A DNA stretch of 64,000 nt from Octopus vulgaris (GCA_951406725.2 OX597820.1:52018001-52082000), one strand, 5' to 3'; shown: positions 27,260 through 39,670, counted from the stretch's first letter. Numbers and translations: made by a program. The notes: a model not told the origin generated them from the letters alone.

Positions 27260-29443
27260 ACACACACACGCATATATATATATAAGACACTTCTATCCGA
27301 ATCACACGGCTCGGGTTTCAGTCCCACTTTGTGTTACTGTCGTCGAGTACCTTCTACTATAGCCTACCAAATCCTAGAGATATATATGTATGTGTCTGTA
27401 TGTATTTACGTATGTATCTATGTATGAATGTATGTGTGTTTGAATATGTATACGTATGCACTGTGTATGTGATTGAAGTTTTACATGATACCTACTGAGA
27501 CAATTATTTCGCAATTTGTTTCTATATATTATGCTCCAAAAAGAAACCCTATTTGTAATAGAGTAGCTGATGATTTGGAATTTTTCTAGAGAATATGTAT
27601 GGAGAAGTATTATGATATAAAATGTCCTTTCTATTGCTGAATTTTTGTTTATTTTACTTATTTCACTAGGGCAAGTCGTAACTCAGTCAATGCTTTCTGT
27701 ACATTTAAGAAGGAAGTATTTCCCTTTGTTCTTTATGTGGTTTCGCTCCAGCTGTCCTTGTACCAAAATATGATCAAATACAGTCCAACTACAATCATTT
27801 TGTAGCAGTTATCGGTATCATTTAAATAAATTACTATTAGCTGCGAGAAAAAAAAAAGCTACAATTTTTATCTATTCTTACAACTATATTGGCTCTGCCT
27901 TAGTAGATTATCGCTTTATTGATGGTATTTAAACTTAGTTTACTCGTGATTAATCAGCTATTATAAAACGATCGGGTATTAACCCGATTATTCTGTTCAG
28001 TTTGTCCGTCTTTGAAAAGTAGGATGTGATATGGGGGAGAGATTGACTGCACTTTCTAGCGTCTTAATGAACCACACGAGAGTTGCTTCGTTTATATGTA
28101 GCATTATTGTTACTAAATCAGGCGTGTAGCTATGGATGTACAAAGCGAATTAATAGATGTCATGAATATGAAATAAGAGACGCAGTGTTACACGCCGTCG
28201 CTGATACAGCGATGGAAATAAATATATAAATCATTAAAATTCGAATAACAGCGACTTCTAATTGTTGCCAACCTTACTAACTATTCTGACGCAATGACTC
28301 TCTTTGAAGTTTACTTCAGATATCATGCTTCTGATACGTTGTTCAGAAATTGATGCTAGTTTTGTTGTGTATAAGTTGGAAACTATCATTTAATCAAAGT
28401 AAGTTCGAGATGTTCAATATAATTTTATAAATGTTATATTAAGCTTTAGAAATCTGTGCATTTAGTGTCGATGAAGAATTTCATTCTTTTTTTTTTTTTA
28501 TCTCCCTTTCCTGCAGCATTTTCATTTTCAAAATGTTTATCGATAAAAATATTTAAGTACTTGAGCAGATTATCTATATGGCGAAATTTGTATAGGAAGG
28601 TGAATAAAGTAAAAGACCAATTCGCATATTATTCGATTAGGTAGTAGCTTCTACATCATATTCATAGAAAAGCAACATGAAGCAAAATAGAGAATTTTGA
28701 TTGGCAACATGACTATTAATTTTGAGTAAAGTAATATATGATGTTGATTAAAGTAATATGTGATTTTGTTTCCGAGATAGGGTACGTTTAGGGGACTAAA
28801 CTTATAGCAACATGCATTATAGCTACCGCCGAATTTTAGAGGAGAAATATTGGTTTCTTGAACTGTTATGACACTATCATGATCGATATTTTATGGATAT
28901 TATTTCTTATTTTGCATTATGTATCATGCATTATTCACATGTACATGTCTACGCGTATATCAAATTATCCTGATTCACAACACGTCCTGTAGAATAATCT
29001 TATAACGTCGATATTTTTTTTATCTATCATTTTAAATGGTGTCACATTTCTCTTTAGCTTCCTAAAGGAACTTAATTATTTGTCAAAGCTCGAGATATTC
29101 GTTCTTATAGAAAGTATTTTTGTAAGAGTTCGACTGTTAAATTAATTGAACTTCCTTGACACAGGATTAACAAGTTTAAGATTTACAGAGCAACAAGCAA
29201 GTCATTGGAAAGCTCGATCAACAGCACACAGTAACGAAATCTCGACGAATTGCCTTGTCTATTATTCATACCTAGTTTAGATGTTTTCCTACTAAATTGG
29301 AATTCATAAGACAATATTATTCACATAATTTTCTTTATTAGTAGTACAAGAAATTTTATCAGGAAACAGACACCAATGATTTCACAATATAGAAATAAAA
29401 TATAAATAATTTTCCAGTTCGTCAAATGAAATTTTAATTATTA

Positions 29444-30560
29444 TCTATATATATAAAACTGAGAATGTTTGTCTGTCTGTCAGTATCCCTAAAACTTGAG
29501 AACTACACAACCAATTTCATTCAAATTATACACATGCCTTACTTAGGGTCCATGTAGTGTCTTGGGCAAAAACATTTCTAGCTTCCTACCTAGGGGGAGC
29601 CCACAGCAATATCACATATTTACCACTATTTCAGTATTACGTGTTAAAAGTGAAACAAAAACATTTCTCTATTGTAATGTCAGATACTTTCATTTTAATA
29701 CTGAAACTATAAAAGTCAAACTATTATATAAGATGGATGAACCATTAACAGTGGACATCCACTTTGCTAGAAGAAGATCCGCTATGGTCTTATATGCTAC
29801 ACCACTGGTTTTCAATTCATATTAATCAAATTAATATTCAATTTCTCACCCTTATTATTTTAAAATTAAATTTAAACCCAGGACCATGTGTTTGCTACCA
29901 CAGAGCCACAACTGCACCTATGTATGTGTGTGTGTATGTGTGTATAGCTGTATATGTATACATTTATTTCTATACATATAGATGTATATGTATACATGTA
30001 TATGTGTAGATGTACATGTAATATATACACACATATATTCACATATATACATACATACATATATACACCCATATACACACACACATACATAGGTGCAGGT
30101 GTGGATGTGTAGTAACAAACTTCGTTCCAAACCACATGGACCTGGGTTCAGTGCCACTCTGAAGTGACTTGAAGTGACTTGACATGAAATGTGTCTCTCT
30201 GTCTGTGTGAATCCCTAAAACATGAGAACTACACAACCAAATTCATTCACATTTTACACATGTCTTACTTAGAGGCCATGCAGCGTCATGGGCAAAGAAA
30301 TGTTAAACTTCTTGCCGAGGGTGGGCCCACAGTAATGTAATATCTTCTCCATTATTTTACTATTACATGTTAAAGGTGAAATAAAAATATCTCTCTATTG
30401 TAAGTATACAGATATATATACATAGATGTACGTGTAATATATACAGTGAGCTCGCTCTGGGCGGCATTGAGACGACTGTACACAGCTACAGGCCCACAGT
30501 CGACGCTATGCCACCCGGAGCTCGCTCTGGGCGTCATTGAGGCGACTGTACACAGCTATT
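29444..30560 (+). mobile_element. Non-autonomous Helitron-like 5' portion with internal duplication
   Basis: A|TCTATATATATAAAAC...tgtctgtctgt start. Region ~29470-29680 recurs at ~30190-30405. A 41-bp repeat lies at 30448 and 30518. No 3' hairpin/CTAG seen. Confidence 0.55.
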
Positions 30561-31335
30561 AAATAAAATGAGATACGTGGAACGTCAAAGCTGCTAACAA
30601 AAACAGGACAGTGAAAAACATTCGGTAAGGGCTGTTTAACCCTAACGAGGTGAAGTGATGAACGCTGGAGGAAAAATGCTTTCTCAAGAGACAGACAAGA
30701 ATGCGTCTTATAGTTATAAGCTGAACGAGCTTAGAAATAGAGATCTATAATTATTGAGGAGAGAATTTGAGTTAGAAATAGAGAACTATAAATATTGTGT
30801 TATGCATAAAGTGGTGGCTTACATTCGGGGCTTCCAATTTCTCTGTAAAATATAAGATAGTCGCAAAATCATCGCACATGTCACCATCGATTACAATCAC
30901 CGGTGGAAGATAAAAGTTCCAGATGACATTCTTGTTCTTTCACTCGTACAAGGATCGCATTGTGTTTCGGCTTAAAATAGATTATAGATACAAATATAAT
31001 GTACAGAAATATATAAAAAAAAAACAATAGAAAATAAACGTCTTAGGCATATAAATGTGATAACATGAGATATCAAGGTGTTATAAACTTGAAACCTACT
31101 AGAATATCATAGATTATATATATCATGTCATCCAATCAGTTCTGTCCAATTTTACCTTCTTTTAGATTTGAATGAAATTTAATAGTATTTTCAAATGTCT
31201 AATTCAATTAAAAATTGCTTTAATGCATTTGGGTACGTTTAAACTAATTCAATATTGTTTTACAAAATAATAGAGGGGATCCACAAAGTCTGCGTACATG
31301 GGGATTAAGAGTTTCATGATAAAGATATAGAAATA

Positions 31336-31866
31336 TTGGGTTGTCCGGAAAGTTCATGCCGATTTATAGTAGCTTAACTTTCGACTTATTTTAGAACATG
31401 TTTGAGTCCATAAAATAAGATTTGTCTACACCTCCGTTTAGAGCACAGTTTATAACCTGTGTTAATTCTGTAACCCTTTAAAATAAAAGATGAGAAGTTC
31501 ATTTCCGGCACTTGATGCTTTGGGAACCAGACAAAAATTGCCGTAGCTCGGCTGGGATGTGTTACCCCCACCCTCCCTATTCCCCAGACATTGCTCCTTC
31601 GGATTTCTACTTATTCAGGTCTCTGCAGAATAGTCTTAATGGTAAAAATTTCAATTACTTAGACGACGTAAAAAGATACCTTGTTGAATTCTTTGCCTTG
31701 AAACCACCCCAATTCTGGGAAGACGGTATTTTCAAGGTAAAGGAAAGATGGAGACGTATTGTGCAACGAAATGTTTCATATTTGGTTCATTAAAAATGTA
31801 ATGGCAAGTATTTAGTGACCTTTTACTTTCCTTTAAAAATCGGAACGAACTTTCCGGACAACCCAA
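31336..31866 (+). mobile_element. Internally deleted mariner element with intact TIRs and TA TSD
   Basis: TA|ttgggttgtccggaaagttc...gaactttccggacaacccaa|TA. N-terminal VHFRHLMLWE is fused to PHPPYSPDIAPSDFYLFRSLQNSL...ERWRRIVQRN. Confidence 0.95.
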
Positions 31867-31947
31867 TATAAACATAACAATGAAATACGAATATAAACAT
31901 GAAAAATAAAAACCTAAATTGAAAAAGGCGATTAAATGTTTTTTCCT

Positions 31948-32015
31948 AAGCTGCAGCTGTTTCAGAAAAGTGGTTGTACGAAGTATTCGAAATTCAGCCC
32001 TCCTTCTTCAGGGTT
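31948..32015 (-). ncRNA. Degenerate type-I hammerhead in a PLE-like fragment
   Basis: Minus strand aacc-CTGAAGA-aggagg...cttttct-GAAA-cagctg-CA-gctt. Same stem III as the 22262 motif, but U16.1 is changed to C. Confidence 0.5.
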
Positions 32016-32136
32016 CCTTTCACGAGGTAAGATCCAGCAAATATCAGTCAGGCACTACGTTGAGTGTATTCAGTTGGTGGAAGTTCAGTATTTGAGTATC
32101 GACGAATAAGTGACAGCATCGTATGAGATTCTGCAG

Positions 32137-33322
32137 TATTTCTTTATTACCCACTAGGGGCGACACAGAGGAGACACTACAAATCATTGGGGACATAGAA
32201 CATAGCAATTAAAATTATGGAAAATGGATTTTTAAATGAAAATGATAATATGAAAGTGATGCTAACGGCCCCATCCGTTAGAATCACTTACCTGTCCTTT
32301 GGTTTTTACTTCCACACAAATATTCCTCTTTCAGTTCCAATAACGAAACCATTCATGTCCATTCTTACTTCAAAATACTCCTCCAGTTCTCTCACGGTTT
32401 CTTCAATCATTCTCATCTCTTTCAATTTTAAATGAAAATGATAATATGAAAGTGATGCTAACGGCCCCATCCGTTAGCATAACTTACCTGTCCTTTTGGT
32501 TTTTACTTCCACACAAATATTCCTCTTTCAGTTCCAATAACGTAACCATTCATCTCCATTCTTACTTCAAAATACTCCTCCATATTTCTCACGGTTTCTT
32601 CACTCATTCTTGTCTCTGTCACTTCCCAGTTCTCCCTTTCGCACTTTGTCATAAACTCATTCATTCGCTTCTTTTCAATCACTGCATACCTGATCTGACC
32701 TATTTCATTCCATTTATACTCCTCCATTACCTTTTTAATTTCTTTCTTTCCTGTCAACATTAAAATGTTTGGCCTGGGTTCGTTTTTGTGTGTTGATTTT
32801 GGGTGTCCTTTTTTTGTTTTCTTGTTGGAGGGGAGTGGGTGGGTTCACTGTCTGCAGGGAGTGGGTGGGACTCAGAGGGTGTGGGTAGTGTTGGGGTGGG
32901 TTGGGGGTTCAATATTGTTCAAATTTCTCCCTCTCTTTCTTTTTCTCCTCTACCGATTCGTTTTGGGCCTCCTCTCCTGTTGTTTCACATTCCACTACAT
33001 TATTTTCCAAATAAGTTGGTAGTAAATATACCTTTTCTGTCTTTAACGCCTTTGCAGCCATTCTTCTTGCCATACTTTTACTACCAAACTGTACCATAAT
33101 TGTTCCATATTCCATACCTCTCGCTACAAACACAATTTCCTCCTCCACTCTTCTTAATGCCTCTTCTATGTCCTCCATCTTCACTGTTTCCACTTTTTTG
33201 TTGTCTCTTACGAATGTTCTGTATTTTACAACTCTTTCTGCCGGTAGCAGTTTCACTTCGCCTCCCTCCTTCGTCATATAAGCTTAATTCAAACAACGAA
33301 TATCAATAACTCACGCGTAATC
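32137..33322 (-). mobile_element. ORF1-only non-LTR element, copy 1 (internally deleted, 3' duplication)
   Basis: Shares the 3' end (...gtagtgtctcctctgtgtcgcccctagtgggtAATAAAgaaata) and ORF fragments with copies 2 and 3, and the 5' end (gattwcgcgtgagttattgata) with copy 3. Confidence 0.85.
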
Positions 33323-33338
33323 GTATGAAATTATGCAG

Positions 33339-34705
33339 TATTTCTTTATTACCCACTAGGGGCGACGTAGAAGAGACACTACAAAACATTGGGGACATAG
33401 AACATAACAATTAAAATTATGGAAAATGAATTTTTAAATGAAAATGATAATATGAAAGTGATGCTAACGGCCCCATCCGTTAGCATCACTTATCTGTCCT
33501 TTGGTTTTGACTTCCACACAAATATTCCTCTTTCAGTTCCTATAACGTCTCCATTCTTACTTCAAAATACTCCTCTAATTCTCTCACGGTTTCTTCCATC
33601 GTACTCGTCTCTGTCACTTCCCAGTTCTCCCTTTCACACTTTGTCATAAACTCATCTATTCTCTCCTTTTCAATCACTGAATACCTGATCTGACCTATTT
33701 CATTCCATTTATACTCCTCCATTACCTTTTTAATTTCTTTCTTTCCTGTCAACATTTAAATGTTTGGCCTAGGTTCGTTTTTTGTGTGTTGTTTTTGCGT
33801 GTGCTTTTTTTGCTTTCTTGTTGGAGGGGAGCGGTTGGGTTCACTGTCTGCAGGGAGTGGGTGGGACTCAGAGGGTGTGGGTAGTGTTGGGATGGGTTGG
33901 GGTTCAATATTGTTCAACTTTCTCCTTCTCTTTCTTTTTCTCCTCTCTTCTACCCATTCGTTTTGGGCCTCCTCTCCTGTTGTTTCACACTCCACTTCTT
34001 CTTTATTTTCCTCTTCTCTCTGTGTCTCCATAACAGTTTCCTTTGGTGGGAGAGGGCAGTAAGCTCTTATGTGGCCCCTCAGGCCACACTTATAGCACCT
34101 TGGTGCTCTGCCCTCCACCCATACTCTCATGGCACTATTTTCCATATTATCTGCCATTCTTGCAATTGTCCCCTCCTCTGCTTGAATACTCATTTCCAGC
34201 GTTTTTCCATGCCATCCTTCACTCTTTACAGTAGCCTGCAATATGTCCACCTCCTCTTCTACGTCTTTTATAACTGCTGCCGTGACCCATTCGCCTTCTA
34301 TGTGGTGGGGAATACCCTCCACCATTATCCTTGTTGTTCTCTTATTCATATACGTTGGTAGTAAATATACCTTTTCTGTCTTTAACGCCTTGGCAACCAT
34401 TCTTCTTGCCATACTTTTACTTCCGAACTGTACCATTATCGTACCATATTCAATTCCTCTGACCACAAACACAATTTCCTCCTCCACTCTTCTTAATGCC
34501 TCCTCTATGTCTTCCATCTTTACTGTTTCCACTCTTTTGTTATCTTTTACGAATGTTCTGTATTTTATGACTCTTTCTTCAAACCATTCGTTACGCTTTT
34601 CTGGCGGTAACAGTTTCACTTCGCCTCCCCCCTTCGTCATATATGCTTGATAGCCTGGTAACTTTTCCAGGTCTATCTCTTTTTCGTCTGTTTTTCTTGC
34701 TGCAG
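33339..34705 (-). mobile_element. ORF1-only non-LTR element, copy 2 (most complete ORF, 5'-truncated)
   Basis: Carries the RRM-like + CCHC ORF followed directly by a short 3' UTR with AATAAA. No endonuclease or RT. Confidence 0.88.
33756..34640 (-). CDS. Tx1/L1-type ORF1 (gag-like nucleic-acid-binding protein); frame open upstream to ~34705, probably continues by frameshift to 33540
   Basis: 294-aa ORF with RRM-like segments (GTIMVQFGSKSMARRM; TTRIMVEGIPHHI), VWVEGRAPR-CYKCGLRGHIRAYC (CX2CX4HX4C), then an acidic/basic low-complexity tail. Confidence 0.8.
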   Translation of the reverse strand: MTKGGGEVKLLPPEKRNEWFEERVIKYRTFVKDNKRVETVKMEDIEEALRRVEEEIVFVVRGIEYGTIMVQFGSKSMARRMVAKALKTEKVYLLPTYMNKRTTRIMVEGIPHHIEGEWVTAAVIKDVEEEVDILQATVKSEGWHGKTLEMSIQAEEGTIARMADNMENSAMRVWVEGRAPRCYKCGLRGHIRAYCPLPPKETVMETQREEENKEEVECETTGEEAQNEWVEERRKRKRRRKLNNIEPQPIPTLPTPSESHPLPADSEPNRSPPTRKQKKHTQKQHTKNEPRPNI

Positions 34706-35465
34706 TATTTCTTTATTACCCACTAGGGGCGACATAGAGGGGACACTACAAAATATTGGGGACATAGAACATAACAATTAAAATTATGGAAAATGAATTT
34801 TTAAATGAAAAATGATAATATGAAAGTGATGCTAACGGCCCCATACTCATTTCCAGCGTCTTTCCATGCCATCCTTCACCCTTTACAGTAGCCTGCAATA
34901 TGTCCACCTCCTCTTCTATGGCTTATATAACTGCTCCGGTGACCCATTCGCCTTCTATGTGGGGGTGAGGAGATCCCCTCCACACTTATCCTTGTTGTGC
35001 TCTTATTCATATACGTTGGTAGTAAATATACCTTTTCTGTCTTTAACGCCTTTGCAGCCATTCTTCTTGCCATACTTTTACTTCCAAACTGTACCATTAT
35101 CGCACCGTATTCAATTCCTCTGACCACAAACACAATTTCCTATTCCACTCTTCTTAATGCCTCCTCTATATCTTCCATCTTGACTGATTCCACTCTTTTG
35201 TTATCTTTTACGTCTATTTTCTTTACGGCATCAATCAACTCGTCCTCGGAGGTCGATACCTCCGATAGACTTTCGAAAAGTCTTTCTTCGTCCATCTCTC
35301 CCATTAGGGAGGGGCGGTCCATCACTCTATGTCTGTCTCAATAGACTGACAACGGCCGACAGCCCAACAACTGTGCAATAAGTTCGCGCGAAAAAATCCG
35401 TATAACAAAACGTACAAATTAACAGCAAATTCAAACAACAAAATATCAATAACTCACGCGAAATC
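34706..35465 (-). mobile_element. ORF1-only non-LTR element, copy 3 (both termini and ORF start retained, two large deletions)
   Basis: 5' UTR plus MMDRPSLMGEMDEE start at 35325. Same 3' end as copies 1 and 2. Confidence 0.85.
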
Positions 35466-35775
35466 AAAAAAAGTATGCGATTCTGCAGATTTTCAAGAGA
35501 ATTACCACGTTTAAATAAGAAATGAAAATCATTGAAAGGTTAACTTTAGTTAATCATGCAAATAATAGCCAATGGGAATATTCCACTCTGCACAACTATA
35601 AAAAATAATAATTTAAGATTACAGCTTTGTGCATAAGTGTTCATTGGATCTAATGATCTAATTGGATCGTATTTTCAAAAAGCTATAAAAGTTTATGTTC
35701 TTAAAAGTTAAATTTTAAAGTTTAAGAAAATTATAAGACACTAAATATTTATGCTTACAACATATTAAAATGTCT

Positions 35776-37167
35776 GTAATTTTATTTAATAAGTTGAGTT
35801 ATTGAAGTTGAATTGCATTTGTCAGTAGAATTTATTCTTGATTACTGCTGTTGTTAAAACCGTTGTTGATATCGTTTGTTATACCGTTAATTTTTGTGTT
35901 GTTAAACTTTCCCGTTGAAGGAAATGGAGAAGGCATCAGAGGGCGGCCACAGCTATGCAGCCGCAACTGGAAGAGGAGCAGCGAAGGAAGCATTAGAGAC
36001 CTTTGAAATAAAAGTAGAGTCCAGGAAGATGAAGGCCATTGAGAAGCTGCTGAAAAAGGAAGGCGGAAAGATAAGGTTGACGCCACCAGAGGAACTAATG
36101 AACAACGTTAGGAAGAAGACTAAGAATGAAGGTGGAGGGAAAACCGCCTGTGTTACGAATGTGGCGAAAAAGGACACATGAAGGCGAGATGCCCACGGAA
36201 AGAACAGAGAGAGACTACAGAAAAGTCGAACAGACAGTAACAGGTGAGAATAATGAGACAACAGCAGTAGAAGAATTCACACCAGTGGAAAGAAAAAGGA
36301 GGAGCGGTAGGATAAGCCCACCACCGACTAATCAGAAAAATAAGAAAGAAGAGATGGAAAAGAAAGAGGTAACGAGAAAGAAAAATGATAAAAGTGAGAC
36401 GGAAAAGGAAAGGGAAAAAAATTGAGAAGATGTGTGAAAAAGAGTCAGAGAAAGAGGAAACAAATATGAAGATGATAGATAAATTGACGGAAGACTCAGG
36501 AATTCAACTACAAGAGGACGAAACGGAGAAATTAGTTACAGTAGAGACGGAGAAAGAGAAGGTCTTAGACTCAGAGAAGAGTATAGAAGAATCTATAATA
36601 GGAAGGGTAGTGGAGGAAGAAAAGAGAAATCCGAGAGGAGGGAGTTACAAATGGAATTTCGTGACCTATTCCAAGAACGAGGAGGTGGAGAAAAAAACCG
36701 TTAAGTTCAAGCAGATTATAAGGGTAAAGTTACCAAACGACGTGTACCCAGAGAGTGCGAAGGCCATTGTGGTCGATAGGGAAACCTATAAGAAAGTGAG
36801 AGAAGTAAAATTGACCCGGCCGGAGCACTGGTGGAGTTCAATGAGCTGCCACCAGTAATCGACCTGTTACAACTGGAGCCTTACATGAGGCGCTAAAGAG
36901 GAATAAAAGTAAAATTAATTGTTTTTTTTTAAAGAAGGAAAAAAGAAAGGAAAAAGTTTTGGAAAAAACCATAATTAAGGAAAGAAAAAACAATAGATAG
37001 TGACTGTGTGTACAAATGTTCAAATGGTACTGCACGAGGAGTGGGGCCCATGCAGCCATTCATCTTTCATTATTATATAATATTCATACTCATTCGTTTT
37101 GTGTTTTTTGTCCCCACTGTGGTGTTGTGTCTGTCATTGTAGTGTCCCCTCTGAGTGCCTAATAAAG
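35776..37167 (+). mobile_element. Related ORF1-only non-LTR element (different family), frameshifted
   Basis: EGGKIRLTPPEE resembles GGGEVKLLPPEK; knuckle CYECGEKGHMKARC at 36151-36192; 3' end tgtcccc...gtagtgtcccctct...tAATAAAgaaa; candidate TSD aaaatgtct at 35767-35775 and 37168-37176. Confidence 0.8.
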
Positions 37168-37548
37168 AAAATGTCTTTATTTCTATTACTAGCGTATAGT
37201 ATGCTACTTGATTCCTTGATGCAAAGCCTATACGATTTAGTATATGTGTTCTATGGTGTTGATTCAGTAATTATCGATCATCGTTAATTATACTCAATGT
37301 TAGAATGTATGAGGTGGTTAATGTATGATGTTAATATCGTGAAATTTTTTATATAGAGGTGAATAAATAAAATGTGTCATCATAAGAATAATAACATTAA
37401 TTTCTGAACTGAAAAAATAAAACTCGCTATTAGAATATCGTTATAATAATTGCAATGTTATTGTCAGTCCAAATAAGCTTGGTGCATGTTGGAACTGGGG
37501 AACAATATGCCTACTGCGTTTTGTCACGGAGAATAAATCTCGTTTAAA

Positions 37549-37843
37549 CGCAGGAGTGGCTGTGTGGTTCCGGGTTCAGTCCAACTATTTGGCATCTTGG
37601 GCAAGTATATTCTACTATAGTCTCTGGCCGACCAAAGCCTTGTGTGTGGATTTGGTAGACAGAAACTAAAGGAAGCCCATCGCAGAAATGTGTGTGTGTG
37701 CGCGTGTGTGAGTGTCTGTGTTTGTCCCTCCAACATCGCTTGACGTCCCCGTAACTTAGCGTTTCGACAAAATAACCAATAGAATAAATACTAGGTTTGC
37801 ACAACAATAAGTCCTGGGATCGATTTGCTCGACAAAATGCGGT
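37549..37843 (+). mobile_element. Octopus-type tRNA-derived SINE with internal (TG)n, 3'-truncated
   Basis: caggagtggctgtgtgg...ggccgaccaaagccttg...tttggtagacrgaaact; same family as the copies at 47815, 52048 and 63043. Confidence 0.88.
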
Positions 37844-37864
37844 TTATATATATATATATATATA

Positions 37865-38234
37865 CTAGCAGTATCGCCCGGCGTTGCTCGGGTTTGTAAG
37901 GGAAATAACTATAAAGCATTTTTAGAGAGTTATAGCCAAAAAATGGAAAAAAAATTATGGTAAATTTTTTTTAGTTAAAAAGGTCGAGTTGCGTCCCCTA
38001 GACAGTCTGTGGTTTGTGTTTCTGATTCTCGACCCCATGTCGAATTTATCGATTTTTTTCAGAACTGGGGGAACTTTTCAAAATTTTCGCTGCGTTAGTT
38101 TTGAATTATGACATTGGGCTATGTGTGTGTCAAGTTTCATCAGAATCGGTTGAAAGCCGTGGTCAGGGTGAGGGTACAACCTAACAGACACACAGAAACA
38201 CACACAGACAAACTGCCGTTTATATATAGAGAGA
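37865..38234 (-). mobile_element. Complete non-autonomous Helitron (~370 bp)
   Basis: Minus strand A|TCtctctatatataaacgg ... cccgagcaacgccggg hairpin - cgatactg - CTAG|T. Confidence 0.9.
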
Positions 38235-38240
38235 TATATA

Positions 38241-38318
38241 TATAAACAACTTATAAACAAGGGAAAAGGAAAAAAACTTGTAATGTTTTCTTTTGCCCTT
38301 GTTTATAAGTTGTTTATA
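38241..38318. repeat. ~33-bp inverted repeat / hairpin
   Basis: tataaacaacttataaacaagggaaaagg / cttttgcccttgtttataagttgtttata. Confidence 0.85.
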
Positions 38319-38530
38319 AATTTAACCTTTCAAGGTATTTTTTAATATACTGGCCATTGATAATTTTTTTTCGAAAACTTTTATCCTATATTAGATGTAA
38401 ATATATACATTTATATATTCATCGATCACAGACACTCAGCAGAGATTCTCCTGAATGTTAACATCTCGTAATTTTAGTAGGTGGTGCGGCGAAGTGATCT
38501 AGGTGTATACACACTATCAACCAATCAGTC

Positions 38531-38594
<64 letters not shown>

Positions 38595-39249
38595 ATATTT
38601 GTATATAATACCATATGAAAATACGGAGACCTTTTTCATAATCATGATAAAAAGAAATAATGGATGAGTATTTATGATTTTATCAACGCCTGTCGTAATC
38701 AAGCCTATTTTGGTAATCTACTATCAAGTAGAATTTCAATGAGATGGTGTTTTGAATCTCAATTATCTCTCACAAATTTATATTTAAGGTAGTAGGTACC
38801 CGTTTTTTTTATTGACATTTGAACATGCTATTTTTTGTATGTCTTCACATTGTTCACATTATTATATTAAAGCATGAGTAATATACAGGTCAAATCAATC
38901 GAAGTTATCGATGACCCCTGCCTCAAATAAGATAACACTGTCTATGGAATAAGAATTGCTAGTATTAAGCTTAAATAGGTAACTCAAATCAATGCTATTT
39001 CTTATCATATCTGACACAGTGACCTGGAATATGCAGTTCAAAAGTAACATTCTAATACAATATCAACAAAGATATTTTTGCTATGATTTTCAATAATATT
39101 TTCTACAACAGAGACCTAAAGCAATTCTGTTTTGTCAATTTGCCAAGAGGCTCTTCTTTGTGAATATCATGTTCAGAACAAATCAAATTTCGATATTATG
39201 TCTAGTGAACGACATTATATTGTTATAAATGTTTTTAATACTATACGGT

Positions 39250-39340
39250 TATAGATATAGAGAGGAGAGAGAGATGTATGATAGATAGATAGATAGATAA
39301 ATAGATAGAGAGAGAGATAGAGAGTGATAGATAGATAGAG

Positions 39341-39371
<31 letters not shown>

Positions 39372-39384
39372 GAGAGAGATAGAG

Positions 39385-39420
<36 letters not shown>

Positions 39421-39428
39421 GATAGATA
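39250..39428. repeat. (GATA)n/(GA)n microsatellite
   Basis: Direct reading. Confidence 0.95.
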
Positions 39429-39609
39429 TGTGTACTTGTGTATATATGCATACATATATCTATCTATCTATATAAATATATATATGTATATATATATATT
39501 ATGCTTAAAATAAAATGATAGACTGATGTGTGTCCTTATATGTATAGTATGAATCTACATTTGTGTATATATCTTATATGTATGTGTGTACGTGTGTTTG
39601 TGTGCCTGA

Positions 39610-39670
<61 letters not shown>

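Noticed and set aside
30448-30558. CRISPR-like repeat-spacer pattern (also 62708-62899)
   Set aside because: Only two copies, eukaryotic context and no cas genes; ordinary minisatellite duplication.
33760-34650. Plus-strand ORFs overlapping ORF1
   Set aside because: Antisense shadows of a purine-rich ORF, with low-complexity F/S/L composition.
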